Shown here: positions 1-8,734 of the stretch, piece by piece
Numbering within the stretch: the first letter of the stretch is position 1
How the letters are laid out: every line of letters begins with the position of its first letter
NCBI GenBank assembly: GCA_023396535.1
Contig: JAEWWD010000080.1
Location: 1 to 33,333, forward strand
Source of the DNA: Bacillota bacterium
GTDB lineage: Bacteria; Bacillota; Clostridia; Christensenellales; CAG-138
Direction: 5' to 3'
DNA: 33,333 nt
Translations under genes and position numbers: made by a program
Notes under the pieces: generated by a model
What the model was told of the DNA's origin: nothing
Seen by the model: only the letters and a program-made list of their open reading frames with translations
Databases searched by the model: none

Positions 1-713
1 GGATCGATATTGACGGACAGCCGCTTGTATACGATGAGCAGGCCAAATTTTTTCACGCATTCGCGCACGACGGCCCCGATATCGCAGCGTTCTATGACGA
101 GATCCGACGCGATATCCTCCAGCTTGATGTAGCGCAGGGCAAGATCAGCATACTGCTCGATCTTGAACAGCTCCTGCTTCATAACGCCCGCCTGCCCGCT
201 TTCCATATCGGCGAGCAGCAGCGTAAGCGCCGCTATGGGCGTTTTGATCTGATGTACCCAAAGGGTATAATATTCGAGCGTCTCCCCATGCGCGGCGTTC
301 AGGCGCGCTTTGAGCCCATCGTATGCGGCGGCCAGCTCGCTCAGAGCGCGGATATAGTCCGCCTGCAGGGCGTCAGTAGGGGACGGCAACTCGCGCGGGG
401 GCGCGTACAGCGACAGCTCTCGCAACGCGCGCCGCCTGCGCGCGAAGCGTACGCCGTCAAAAAGAAGTATGACGGCAAGGAAAAAACTCATGAGCAGTAC
501 GGTATAGCGCGCGTAGAGCAAGTTTTGCCCCGCAAGAAACTGCACAACAAACGTCAGCCCGATCGCTATGCCGTAAAACAGCAGCAGCGAAAGCCGATAC
601 CGCAAAAACGCCGGCAGTCCGCGCAGCTTGCTTTCATCGCCCTGCCTATCCCCCGATCTATTCCCGGATCTATTCCCCGATCTATTCCCCGATCTATTCC
701 CGGATTCATTCAT
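1..713 (-). CDS. Sensor histidine kinase, N-terminal ~237 codons (runs off window start); BceS-like intramembrane-sensing type
   Basis: My reverse translation from ATG 713-711 gives MNE(SGNR)x4..., then two hydrophobic segments (LSLLLFYGIAIGLTFVVQFL and YTVLLMSFFLAVILLF) separated by ~8 aa, then the H-box WVHQIKTPIAAL. The ATG overlaps the stop of the upstream response regulator (ATGAATGA). It is absent from the ORF track because it has no stop inside the window. Confidence 0.8.
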   Translation of the reverse strand, partial: MNESGNRSGNRSGNRSGNRSGDRQGDESKLRGLPAFLRYRLSLLLFYGIAIGLTFVVQFLAGQNLLYARYTVLLMSFFLAVILLFDGVRFARRRRALRELSLYAPPRELPSPTDALQADYIRALSELAAAYDGLKARLNAAHGETLEYYTLWVHQIKTPIAALTLLLADMESGQAGVMKQELFKIEQYADLALRYIKLEDIASDLVIERCDIGAVVRECVKKFGLLIVYKRLSVNID

Positions 714-714
714 G
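655..714. repeat. In-frame 12-nt tandem repeat, 4 near-perfect units (gatctattccc[g/c]) plus a degenerate fifth unit
   Basis: Units at 655-666, 667-678, 679-690 and 691-702, plus gattcattcatg at 703-714. On the minus strand they encode (SGNR)x4 at the kinase N-terminus. Confidence 0.9.
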
Positions 715-1377
715 AATGGCGTACCCCTTGCCCTTGTGGGTCACGATGCAGTCGGGAAGTCCAAAGTCGGCCAACGTTTTCCGTAAACGGTTGACGTTGA
801 CGGTGAGGGTATTGTCGTCCACAAACTCGTCGCTGTCCCACAGGGCCAGCATCAGCTGTTCACGGCTGACGACGTCGCCCCTGCCGGAAAGCAACACCTG
901 CAATATGCGCGCCTCGTTGCGCGTAAGGGAAGCGCGTTCCCCGCCGCGCACCAGACAGAGCCCCGCCGCGTCCAGCGCCACACCGCCGATCATAAGCCTG
1001 TTCGGCGTTTCATAATCATAGGTGCGGCGCAGCATGGCCTGTATTTTGGCGGTCAGCACCTCCATGGAGACGGGCTTCGCGATATAATCGTCCCCGCCCA
1101 TGTTGACGGCCATTACGATATCCATATTGTCCGACCGGGAGGACAGGAATATGACGGGCACGCGGGAGTTTTCGCGTATCTTGGCGCACCAGTAATACCC
1201 GTTGTACAACGGCAGGGAGATATCCATCAGTACGAGATGGGGCAACGTTTGTTCGACAGTACCGAGGATATTTGAAAAATCCTCCGCGACATACGCTGCA
1301 AGCCCCCAGCGCAAAAGCGCCTGGCGTATGGCGTCCGCTATGACCGTGTCGTCCTCCACAATCAGCACCCTGTACAT
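706..1377 (-). CDS. OmpR-family response regulator (BceR/GraR-like)
   Basis: Starts MYRVLIVEDD at internal ATG 1377-1375, preceded by AGGAGG. It has a receiver domain (LVLMDISLP), NGYYWCAKIR typical of BceR-like regulators, and a winged-helix C-terminus (LTRNEARILQVL...THKGKGY). The longer ORF-track start at 1551 has no SD. Confidence 0.9.
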   Translation of the reverse strand: MYRVLIVEDDTVIADAIRQALLRWGLAAYVAEDFSNILGTVEQTLPHLVLMDISLPLYNGYYWCAKIRENSRVPVIFLSSRSDNMDIVMAVNMGGDDYIAKPVSMEVLTAKIQAMLRRTYDYETPNRLMIGGVALDAAGLCLVRGGERASLTRNEARILQVLLSGRGDVVSREQLMLALWDSDEFVDDNTLTVNVNRLRKTLADFGLPDCIVTHKGKGYAIHE

Positions 1378-1535
1378 GGCTCGCCTCCTGTAAAAGCAGG
1401 TTTCGTGCGGGAAGGGAATATTCTTCCATTTTAGTGTATCCACTGTGAGTATACCACAGCCACGCCGCAGGCGCGCGGGCGCAGACGCATATTCATGAAC
1501 AGTTAAAAAATAATCCGTCGTGCTGCGCAACTCTA

Positions 1536-1564
1536 TTGACACCCCGTCCAATCCATAGTAATAT
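1536..1564 (+). promoter_or_regulatory. Candidate sigma-A promoter, TTGACA-N17-TAATAT
   Basis: TTGACA at 1536-1541 and TAATAT at 1559-1564, about 65 nt upstream of the DUF2325 ATG. It overlaps the left arm of a 9-bp inverted repeat (ccatagtaa ... ttactatgg). Confidence 0.4.
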
Positions 1565-1631
1565 ACTCATAGTTAGATATTACTAACCATAAGCAACTTA
1601 CTATGGATTAAGCCGCAAGGAGGGGGCGAAC

Positions 1632-1928
1632 ATGAGCATCGTGTTGGTAGGCGGTCACGACCGCATGCACCGGGAATACAAGGAGATAGGTAAGGCATGC
1701 GGGCACAGGGTGAAGGTATTCACGCAGTTGACGGCGCAGTTCGCGAAGAGCATCGGCACGCCGGACGCCATACTGATTTTCACCAGCACGCTCTCGCATA
1801 AAATGCTGCTCATTGCCGAGCGGGAAGCGCAGCGTAAGAACATTCCCGTCGTGAAATGCCATACCAGCAGCGGCATGGCGCTCAAACGTTCCCTGCAGGA
1901 AGCGGAGCAGCTCGCGGGCACGATGTAA
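1632..1928 (+). CDS. DUF2325-like small protein
   Basis: 98 aa with SD AAGGAGGGGG upstream. The sequence pattern (VLVGGHDRM...YKEI...LIFT...SHKM...KC) is remembered as DUF2325. No HMM was run. Confidence 0.55.
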   Translation: MSIVLVGGHDRMHREYKEIGKACGHRVKVFTQLTAQFAKSIGTPDAILIFTSTLSHKMLLIAEREAQRKNIPVVKCHTSSGMALKRSLQEAEQLAGTM

Positions 1929-2037
1929 TGTCTGGCGTTAAACGAACCTGGGCAGAGGGGTTACTATAACCGTATTTTCGGCGCTGCCGGAGGGGCGATA
2001 TGACGCCTGCCGTTAACGCCGGCGTTATATGAAAGAA

Positions 2038-2070
2038 AGCTCCGGAGGCATACTCCGGAAGCTCTTTTTA
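2038..2070 (+). terminator. Rho-independent terminator after the DUF2325 gene
   Basis: Hairpin agcTCCGGA-ggcatac-TCCGGAagct followed by CTTTTTA. Confidence 0.55.
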
Positions 2071-2205
2071 AGGTTTTTAATGTTTAGCTGATAAATGGGG
2101 GAATCAGAATATGCATTCCATCAATTCATCCAGCCTAATCTGAAAAAAACGGCTTGTTCTCCATGACCGATCCGGAAAAATCCAGGCCGTCCTGTTCTAT
2201 ATAGA

Positions 2206-3093
2206 TTATACCTGCGCCTCCCGAATATGGCGGAACGCTTCTTCCGCCATATAGGAGCTTCTGACCAACGGCGCGCTTGCGACGAACAGAAAGCCCATAT
2301 CTTCCGCTTCCTTCTTATATTGCAAAAACTCCTCCGGCGTCACGTATGCCATCACAGGATGGTGCATTTTGCTGGGAGCCAGATATTGGCCTATCGTTAG
2401 AATATCGCAGCCGGCCTTACGCAAATCGAGCAGTGTTTCGAGCACCTGCGCATGCGTTTCCCCCAGGCCCACCATTATACCCGACTTTGTATAGATATGA
2501 GGCGCGGCCTGTTTCACGTTTGCCAGCAATTCAAGAGAACGCGCATAAACGGCCATAGGACGCACTTCTGCATACAGGCTGGGGATCGTTTCGATATTAT
2601 GATTGATAATATTCGGTTCGGCTTCTATGACGGTGGACAGAGCGTCCGCATTGCCCTGGAAATCGGGAATGAGCACTTCAATGATGGGTGCGGCATCCCG
2701 GAGCTCGTTTTTTATGGCCTGAATCACATCCGCAAAATGACGCGCTCCTCCATCGGGCAGGTCGTCGCGCGTTACAGAGGTGATGACGACATGCCTGAGG
2801 TTCAGCTCTTTGACCGCCGCAGCCACATGACGGGGTTCATCGGGGTCAACGGCGTGCGGCGGCTGCTTTGTTACGGTGCAGAATGTGCAATTGCGCGTAC
2901 AATGGTTGCCCAATATCATAAATGTCGCCGTCTGTCTGCGGAAACATTCCCCACGGTTGGGGCAATTGGCCTCCTCGCAGACCGTATGCAGGGAAAGCGA
3001 ACGCAGCAGCCTGATGACCTGCGCGCTCTGTGCGCTTGCATTGATACTTGCGCGCAGCCACTCGGGCTTACGCGGACTCACTTTCTGATTCAT
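2206..3093 (-). CDS. lipA: Lipoyl synthase
   Basis: 295 aa with [19 protein letters not shown] (CX4CX5C) and the radical-SAM motif CTRNCTFC. Confidence 0.95.
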   Translation of the reverse strand: MNQKVSPRKPEWLRASINASAQSAQVIRLLRSLSLHTVCEEANCPNRGECFRRQTATFMILGNHCTRNCTFCTVTKQPPHAVDPDEPRHVAAAVKELNLRHVVITSVTRDDLPDGGARHFADVIQAIKNELRDAAPIIEVLIPDFQGNADALSTVIEAEPNIINHNIETIPSLYAEVRPMAVYARSLELLANVKQAAPHIYTKSGIMVGLGETHAQVLETLLDLRKAGCDILTIGQYLAPSKMHHPVMAYVTPEEFLQYKKEAEDMGFLFVASAPLVRSSYMAEEAFRHIREAQV

Positions 3094-3121
3094 TCCCGTT
3101 TCCTTTCTTTTGCATAGGCTG

Positions 3122-3151
3122 ATTATATAGACGACAGCTCACCTGTGTCAA
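3122..3151 (-). promoter_or_regulatory. Candidate lipA promoter, TTGACA-N18-TATAAT (minus strand)
   Basis: The minus strand reads ttgacacaggtgagctgtcgtctatataat about 30 nt upstream of the lipA ATG. Confidence 0.45.
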
Positions 3152-3502
3152 CATCATAAATACAGGCATTTGCAAGCGCCTCCGACGTGCCGCGCTCCTT
3201 GTCCTGTTAAACAAACCTTTGTTAGGAGAAATGAGATCAAAATTCATGCAATTGAGGCTTTCAATCCGTCATTTTGCGGGCGATTGGTTGTGCGGCTTGC
3301 CGCACATCATTCCTTATGAAATACCCAAATATACCATTCGGGTGCATGGCGTCGCAAAATGACACCTTCCCCGGAAATGCTTACATTTCCGGGATTTCAT
3401 CAAGGAATTATGCGTTTGGCACCGCGGGCGCAAACGCGACCTTGCGCGCTTTTTCTGTGACAGTCTCTTTCAGAATGAAAGAGCCGAACAGCAAAAATGC
3501 GC

Positions 3503-3567
3503 GAAAAAACCCATCGGCAAAGTCCGCAGGACTTTGCCGATGGCCTGGCGCCCCCTTTGGGGGCGCC
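3503..3567 (-). terminator. Terminator region after the esterase/opu operon (two adjacent hairpins)
   Basis: A perfect 15-bp stem ccatcggcaaagtcc/ggactttgccgatgg (3511-3544) is followed on the minus strand by a U-run (plus-strand gaaaaaac). A second hairpin ggcgccccc-ttt-gggggcgcc lies at 3547-3567. Confidence 0.75.
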
Positions 3568-3594
3568 TTCATGCAGTATTTCGTTTCGTCCTGT

Positions 3595-4593
3595 TCAGGC
3601 GCCGGCCTTCCCGATACGGCGCTTGAAGAACTCCGCCGATTCTTTGATGGCTTCCTCCGCGCCCGGAAGCATACCGCTATAGTGCAGAAACCCGTGGACG
3701 TACCCCTCCTTTACGGAGAGTTCCGCCGTATGCCCCTTCGCACAGAGTATTTCATACAGCACCCGGCTGTCGTCGAGAAGCGGGTCCAGCCCGCAAGCCA
3801 GAATATAAGTTGCCGGCATGGGCTCTGTAAAATCCCGGTCGATGAGCGCGCCGACGCTCTTATCCCCGCCGAAAAACACATCCTCGTACCTGTCCAGGTC
3901 GTAAAACGTCATGCCGTCCCAGTCGCCGCCGTACAGCCGTCTGGAGGCGGAATCGGCAAGGCCGACCGTACCGTAATACAGCAACAGAGTTTTTACAAAT
4001 GATACGTCCCTGCCCATATCGCGCAGGTGCAGATAAGTGCAAAGGCTCAAAAACGCGCCCGCGGAATCGCCCGCGTACGCAAGCCGCTGCGGGTCGATAT
4101 GGAACAATCCGGCGTTCTCCCGCACATAGTCCGTCACGAACACGCTCTCTTCCAACTGTACGGGGTGCGTATATTCTGGCGCGAGTTGATACTCCACCGA
4201 CACGACGTTCGCGCCGCTGTACGCGCAGAGCCGGGAGGCGATGCCGTCGTGCGTGTCGACATCACCCACCATGAATCCCCCGCCGTGAAAGAAGAGGATA
4301 CACGGGTTGTTCTCTATGCCGTCTGCGCGGTACAGGCGTACGCGCAGCCTGCCGTGCGGCCCTTCGAGCACGAAATCCTGCTTCCCAAATACAGGCGGCG
4401 GGTTTTCATTCCACTGCCTGCGCGCAAGTCGGTAGAGCAGCCGTTCGTTTGCCGCGGCTTCCGGGACGCGATCCCTGATCGCCCGGGTCCCGGCAATATC
4501 GTGCTCGAGCGCGCGCTTCATAGCCGGGTCCATCCGCGCGAAGTTATCCGGCTTATTCCGCTCGATGATGCGATACGTTTCAGGCGTTTTCAT
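3595..4593 (-). CDS. Alpha/beta hydrolase, hormone-sensitive-lipase (Aes-like) family esterase
   Basis: 332 aa with the HGGG oxyanion motif (FFHGGGFMVGD), the GDSAG nucleophile elbow, and late Asp (GLDPLLDD) and His (GYVHGF). It begins 13 nt after the upstream binding-protein gene. Confidence 0.85.
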   Translation of the reverse strand: MKTPETYRIIERNKPDNFARMDPAMKRALEHDIAGTRAIRDRVPEAAANERLLYRLARRQWNENPPPVFGKQDFVLEGPHGRLRVRLYRADGIENNPCILFFHGGGFMVGDVDTHDGIASRLCAYSGANVVSVEYQLAPEYTHPVQLEESVFVTDYVRENAGLFHIDPQRLAYAGDSAGAFLSLCTYLHLRDMGRDVSFVKTLLLYYGTVGLADSASRRLYGGDWDGMTFYDLDRYEDVFFGGDKSVGALIDRDFTEPMPATYILACGLDPLLDDSRVLYEILCAKGHTAELSVKEGYVHGFLHYSGMLPGAEEAIKESAEFFKRRIGKAGA

Positions 4594-4606
4594 GCGTCGC
4601 CCCGGG

Positions 4607-5536
4607 CTATATTAGGCCCTTACCGGTCAGGAATTCCTTGGCGACTTCCTCGGGCGAGCGTTTGTTGACGTCCACCTCGTAGCCCATAGTGACCATGTCG
4701 TCGGAGGAAATCTGGCCTTCCAGCATGTTGAACACTTCTTCGAGGTTGGGAGCGGTATCCTTATATTCATCGAACAGCGTGGTCTTCATCAGATACGCTT
4801 CGTTGTATTCCGGGAAGAATTTTTTATCATCCTCCAGAATAAACAGGTTATACTTCTTATTCATGCCGTCGGTGGAGTACACCATGGTGACGTCGATATT
4901 GCCGCTGTCCATGGCCGCGTATTTGAGAGAAATATCAATGGACTTGCCGTCCTTGAAGTCAAAGCCGTAATACTCGCAGAACGGGATATAACGCATGGTG
5001 CCTTCCACATCGAAGAATTCATGCTCCGCGCCGAATACCAGTTCGGGCGCGTAGGGCACCAAGTCGGAAATGGTCTTGAGGTTGTGTTCCTTCGCGAAAT
5101 CCTGCTGGACAGCCAGCGCATAGGTGTTTTCCGCGCCTATTTTTTTGGTGAGCATAACGCCCTGCTCTTCCTTGGCCATTTGATTGACCCAGGTGTAGAG
5201 ATCCTCGCCTTCGGGCACGTCGGAAGGATCGTAGCCCATCAGCGTGGTTAAGAGCGTGCCGTCGTAGCTGAGGTTAAAGTCGATTTCATCGTTCTTGAGC
5301 GCTGTGAACGCGGGCACTGTGGCCATGGCATCGTGAATTTCCACCGTAAGGTCCGTATGCTTTTCGATGAGCTGCTTGGCGATTTGCGCGCCGATGCGCG
5401 TTTCCGCAAATGTTCCGTCCATAGTGGTGATTGTCGTGTTCTTTTTCGCGCCGCAGCCCGAAAGGGCGGCGATCGCCATCACCAGCGCCAGTACGCACAC
5501 TACGATTTTTACTGTTCTGTTTCTTCTCATTCTCAT
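4607..5536 (-). CDS. Glycine betaine/choline/carnitine-type ABC substrate-binding lipoprotein
   Basis: 309 aa with a signal peptide and lipobox (AALSGC). The fold looks OpuAC/OpuCC-like, and the gene sits in an operon with two OpuC-type permeases and a CBS-domain ATPase. Confidence 0.8.
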   Translation of the reverse strand: MRMRRNRTVKIVVCVLALVMAIAALSGCGAKKNTTITTMDGTFAETRIGAQIAKQLIEKHTDLTVEIHDAMATVPAFTALKNDEIDFNLSYDGTLLTTLMGYDPSDVPEGEDLYTWVNQMAKEEQGVMLTKKIGAENTYALAVQQDFAKEHNLKTISDLVPYAPELVFGAEHEFFDVEGTMRYIPFCEYYGFDFKDGKSIDISLKYAAMDSGNIDVTMVYSTDGMNKKYNLFILEDDKKFFPEYNEAYLMKTTLFDEYKDTAPNLEEVFNMLEGQISSDDMVTMGYEVDVNKRSPEEVAKEFLTGKGLI

Positions 5537-5551
5537 TCTCCTTCTATTTTT

Positions 5552-6139
5552 TTATTTTGCATTCAGCCTCTTTTCTATAAGCCCCATGCCGTAATCGAAA
5601 AATACCGCCATGCCCATCAGAATGGCCGTGGCGGCCAATATGGTACCCATATCCTGGGTATAGATGGATCGTTGTAACACTGTGCCCAGCCCGCCGCCGC
5701 CTACTACGAAGCCGAATACGGCCACGCCGATGGAATTGACCACGGCGATGCGCACGCCCGTGAACACCATGGGGAACGCAAGCGGCATCTCCACCATGTA
5801 CAACCGCTGCCAGCGCGTCATGCCCATGCCCCGCGCCGCGTCCTTTATGGCGGGATCAATGCTGTTGAGCCCCACGTACGTGTTGCGCACCACCGGCAGC
5901 AGGGAATAGAGCACGATGCCGACGATGACGGTGGTGCTGGTGCCGCCGAAGAGCAGCATGATAAAGCCGAGCAGTGCGAGCACCGGCACCGTCTGCAGCA
6001 CGTCCACCACAAACAATATGACGGACCGCACCGGCCGCGACAGGTAGGAAACTACCCCGAACACCAGCCCGAACAGCGTGGTGAACAGGCTGGACATCAG
6101 CACCAGATACAGATGCTCCGTAACAAAATGCAGTTCCAT
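5552..6139 (-). CDS. ABC transporter permease (OpuCD/OpuBD-like)
   Basis: 195 aa polytopic protein with the BPD-transporter signature region (DPAIKDAARGMGMTRWQRL). Confidence 0.85.
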   Translation of the reverse strand: MELHFVTEHLYLVLMSSLFTTLFGLVFGVVSYLSRPVRSVILFVVDVLQTVPVLALLGFIMLLFGGTSTTVIVGIVLYSLLPVVRNTYVGLNSIDPAIKDAARGMGMTRWQRLYMVEMPLAFPMVFTGVRIAVVNSIGVAVFGFVVGGGGLGTVLQRSIYTQDMGTILAATAILMGMAVFFDYGMGLIEKRLNAK

Positions 6140-6780
6140 TACCGTTCACCCCCCAGCCCGCGCGGCGTGAACTTCTTCTGGAGGTAGTCGATCAGCCAGC
6201 CGAGCAATATGGCCATAATGGCCGATGGAACCGCGCCGCCGAGTATGAGCACCCTGTTGTTGGCGTCGATGCCCCGGTATACGAACTCGCCGAAGCCGCC
6301 CAGGCCGATCATGGCGGCAAGCACAGCCCAGCTCACCGTATACACGGTGCTCATGCGCAAGCCCGCGATAATGGCGTGCATGGCGAGCGGTAGCTCGACT
6401 TTGAAGAGTATCTGCGTGTCGGTCATGCCGCAGCCTCGCGCCGCGTCCTTGATATCCGGATTTACGCCGATCAGCCCGCTGTACGTGTTCTTGAGCATGG
6501 GGAACATGGCGTATATGGTCAGCGCAATGTAGATGGTCAGCGGCACCATGCCGAGGTATATGAACAGCACGCCGATAAACACCATGCCCGGTATGGTCTG
6601 GAATACGCCTATGACGGGCAGTATGTATCTGGAACTGCCGGGGAAGCGCGAAAGCAGTATGCCCAGCGCGAGGGCAATCACGAAGCCCGCCGCCACGGAT
6701 ACCGCGACATACTGGAAATGCACCAGCATCGCGACAAACAGCTTTTCCCCGTAGCGCTCCAAAAAGCCGCCGATACTCAT
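6139..6780 (-). CDS. ABC transporter permease (OpuCB/OpuBB-like)
   Basis: 213 aa polytopic protein with NPDIKDAARGCGMTDTQIL. Its start overlaps the ATPase stop (ATGA). Confidence 0.85.
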   Translation of the reverse strand: MSIGGFLERYGEKLFVAMLVHFQYVAVSVAAGFVIALALGILLSRFPGSSRYILPVIGVFQTIPGMVFIGVLFIYLGMVPLTIYIALTIYAMFPMLKNTYSGLIGVNPDIKDAARGCGMTDTQILFKVELPLAMHAIIAGLRMSTVYTVSWAVLAAMIGLGGFGEFVYRGIDANNRVLILGGAVPSAIMAILLGWLIDYLQKKFTPRGLGGER

Positions 6781-7901
6781 GAGGCCTCGCCTCCCCAGAC
6801 CACGCTCGCCAGCGCCTTTGTCATGCTGGTTTTGGTGATGATGCCCGCCACCGTCCCGTTTCGGTTGAGCACGACGACGTATTCCATCTTGCTCTCAATC
6901 AGAATATCGAAGGAGTCCTTGGCGTTGGTATTGATAAGCACCGTGGGGACGTTGCTTTTGGCGAGGTGTATGATCTCCTCCCCCGCTTTGCCGCGCTCGC
7001 GGATGCTTTCAATGGTGACAACGCCCTTGAACTTGTCGTTTTCGTCCACCACAATGGCGGTATCCAGCTCCCTGTTTTTCATGAGCTCCAATGATTCGAG
7101 CATCTTCTTGTTGCCCCGCAGCTTGAACACGTTTTTTCGCATGACGTCGGCGCAGGTGAGATCGCTGCCGCTTATGGAATAGGACAGCTTGCCCATGAAT
7201 TCCGATATCATGGGATGCGCGGGGCTTTTGAGCATTTCTTCGGGCGTGGCGCACTGCAGCACCCGGCCCTTGTTCATAAAACAGATTCTGTCGGCCAGCT
7301 TGACAGCCTCGCCCATGTCGTGCGTAACGAATACCACGGTGATATGCAGCCTCTGCTGCAGCGCCTTGATTTCGTCCTGCAGAATATCGCGGGTGATAGG
7401 GTCCAGCGCGCCAAACGGCTCGTCCATCAGCACGATGGGCGGCTCTGCGGCGAGCGCGCGAAGCACGCCTACGCGCTGCTGCTGTCCGCCCGAGAGTTCG
7501 TTGGGATATTTCCCGGCGTACTCCGCATAGGGCATGCCGACCAGCTCCAGCAGCTCCTTGGCCCTGCTGTGGCACCTTTCCTTGCTCCATTTGAGAAGCC
7601 TGGGTACCACGCTGATATTCTCTTCCACCGTCATATTGGGAAACAGGCCGATTTGCTGAATAACATAGCCGATGTTCCGGCGCAGTTCGACGACGTTGAG
7701 TTCTTTGGTGTTCCTGCCATTAACGAATATGTCGCCCTGATTCATTTCGATGAGGCGATTGGTCATTCTCAAAGATGTGGTTTTCCCGCAGCCCGACGGG
7801 CCTATAAATACCAGAAATTCGCCATCCTGTATCGTGAGGTTCAATCGATCGACCACTGTGATATCGTTGTAGGTTTTGGTTACATTTTCATAGACAATCA
7901 T
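6777..7901 (-). CDS. Osmoprotectant ABC transporter ATP-binding protein with C-terminal tandem CBS domains (OpuCA/ProV-like)
   Basis: 374 aa with Walker A (GPSGCGKTT), LSGGQQQR and Walker B (IVLMDEPFGALD), followed by a CBS-like tail. SD is AAAGGAG. Confidence 0.9.
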   Translation of the reverse strand: MIVYENVTKTYNDITVVDRLNLTIQDGEFLVFIGPSGCGKTTSLRMTNRLIEMNQGDIFVNGRNTKELNVVELRRNIGYVIQQIGLFPNMTVEENISVVPRLLKWSKERCHSRAKELLELVGMPYAEYAGKYPNELSGGQQQRVGVLRALAAEPPIVLMDEPFGALDPITRDILQDEIKALQQRLHITVVFVTHDMGEAVKLADRICFMNKGRVLQCATPEEMLKSPAHPMISEFMGKLSYSISGSDLTCADVMRKNVFKLRGNKKMLESLELMKNRELDTAIVVDENDKFKGVVTIESIRERGKAGEEIIHLAKSNVPTVLINTNAKDSFDILIESKMEYVVVLNRNGTVAGIITKTSMTKALASVVWGGEAS

Positions 7902-7999
7902 TCATACTCCTTTCTTCAGCATTTCCTTTTCAATTCCGGTTTCCCAATATATACTTGAGTGGTTGAGCGCAATATAGTATTGATTATAACAGAAAGATA

Positions 8000-8029
8000 T
8001 TGATTTGTACACCGTCCGGATGGTATAGT
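8000..8029 (+). promoter_or_regulatory. Candidate TetR-gene promoter, TTGATT-N18-TATAGT
   Basis: TTGATT at 8000-8005 and TATAGT at 8024-8029. The inverted 6-mers ccgtcc / ggacgg flank the -10 element and may be an operator. Confidence 0.4.
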
Positions 8030-8059
8030 TTGTGTCGATGGACGGAATGAGGTGTTATT

Positions 8060-8596
8060 TTGAGTCGAAATTCCAAGAAAGCGCTTGTGCTTACGGCGGC
8101 CGCGAAGGTGGTTTCCGAGCGTGGCGTATTTAACCTGACGCTGGACGCCGTGGCAAAAGAAGCGGGCATCAGCAAGGGCGGGCTTTTGTATCACTATGCC
8201 TCCAAGGAAAAGCTGGTGGAGGACATGGTGGAGTTTCTCGCTGAAAACTATGTGGAGAAGATAGACCGCCGGGCGGAGGAATATACCGACGAGACGGGCC
8301 GGTGGACGCGCGCCTTTTGGGATGTCACCGCGCACAACAGCAACCGGGAAATGAACGCGGGGCTTCTGGCCGCAAAGGCCGTCAATCCCGCACTGATGCA
8401 GCCCATCCGCGACGCATACCAGTATTGGCAGGGGCGGCTTATGAACGACGGCATTGACCCTGTCGACGCGACAATCGTACGGTTGGCGGCGGACGGCATA
8501 TGGCTTTCGCAGCTTCTGGATCTGGAACAACTGGATGAAGATACGCTTCTGAAGGTACAGGAGAGGCTGAACGAGCTGATTAACCGCAAGCGCTGA
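8060..8596 (+). CDS. TetR/AcrR-family transcriptional regulator (TTG start), divergent from the opu operon
   Basis: 178 aa. The N-terminal HTH region (FNLTLDAVAKEAGISKGGLLYHY) is typical of TetR_N. Confidence 0.85.
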   Translation: MSRNSKKALVLTAAAKVVSERGVFNLTLDAVAKEAGISKGGLLYHYASKEKLVEDMVEFLAENYVEKIDRRAEEYTDETGRWTRAFWDVTAHNSNREMNAGLLAAKAVNPALMQPIRDAYQYWQGRLMNDGIDPVDATIVRLAADGIWLSQLLDLEQLDEDTLLKVQERLNELINRKR

Positions 8597-8632
8597 GTTC
8601 AGCGGCGGTAAGGAAACAGACGCCGGATACCA

Positions 8633-8671
8633 AGAAGGCGGTTTCAGACACATTGTCTGAAACCGCCTTCT
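8633..8671 (+). terminator. Rho-independent terminator (possibly bidirectional)
   Basis: Near-perfect palindrome agaaggcggtttcagaca-cat-tgtctgaaaccgccttct followed by TATTT. Confidence 0.7.
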
Positions 8672-8734
8672 TATTTGAGCGCCTTAGCAAACGCAAGGAT
8701 TTTTGTTCGATGGATTTGATCACGGAAAGAAAAA

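Noticed and set aside
655-714. The short tandem repeat as a possible CRISPR or mini-satellite array.
   Set aside because: The units are contiguous with no spacers and are only 12 nt long. They lie in frame inside a coding sequence.
252-794. Plus-strand 180-aa ORF with the striking peptide repeat IPRSIPGSIPRSIPRSIPG.
   Set aside because: The repeat is the 12-nt tandem repeat read on the wrong strand. The opposite strand encodes a histidine kinase with transmembrane segments and an H-box, translationally coupled to the response regulator.
3274-4002. A 242-aa plus-strand ORF spanning the lipA-esterase intergenic region and the esterase 3' end. Also overlapping-frame ORFs at 16002-16336 and 16298-17104.
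   Set aside because: They have no SD sites, cross terminators and promoter regions, and are antisense or out of frame relative to well-supported genes. Their composition is not protein-like.
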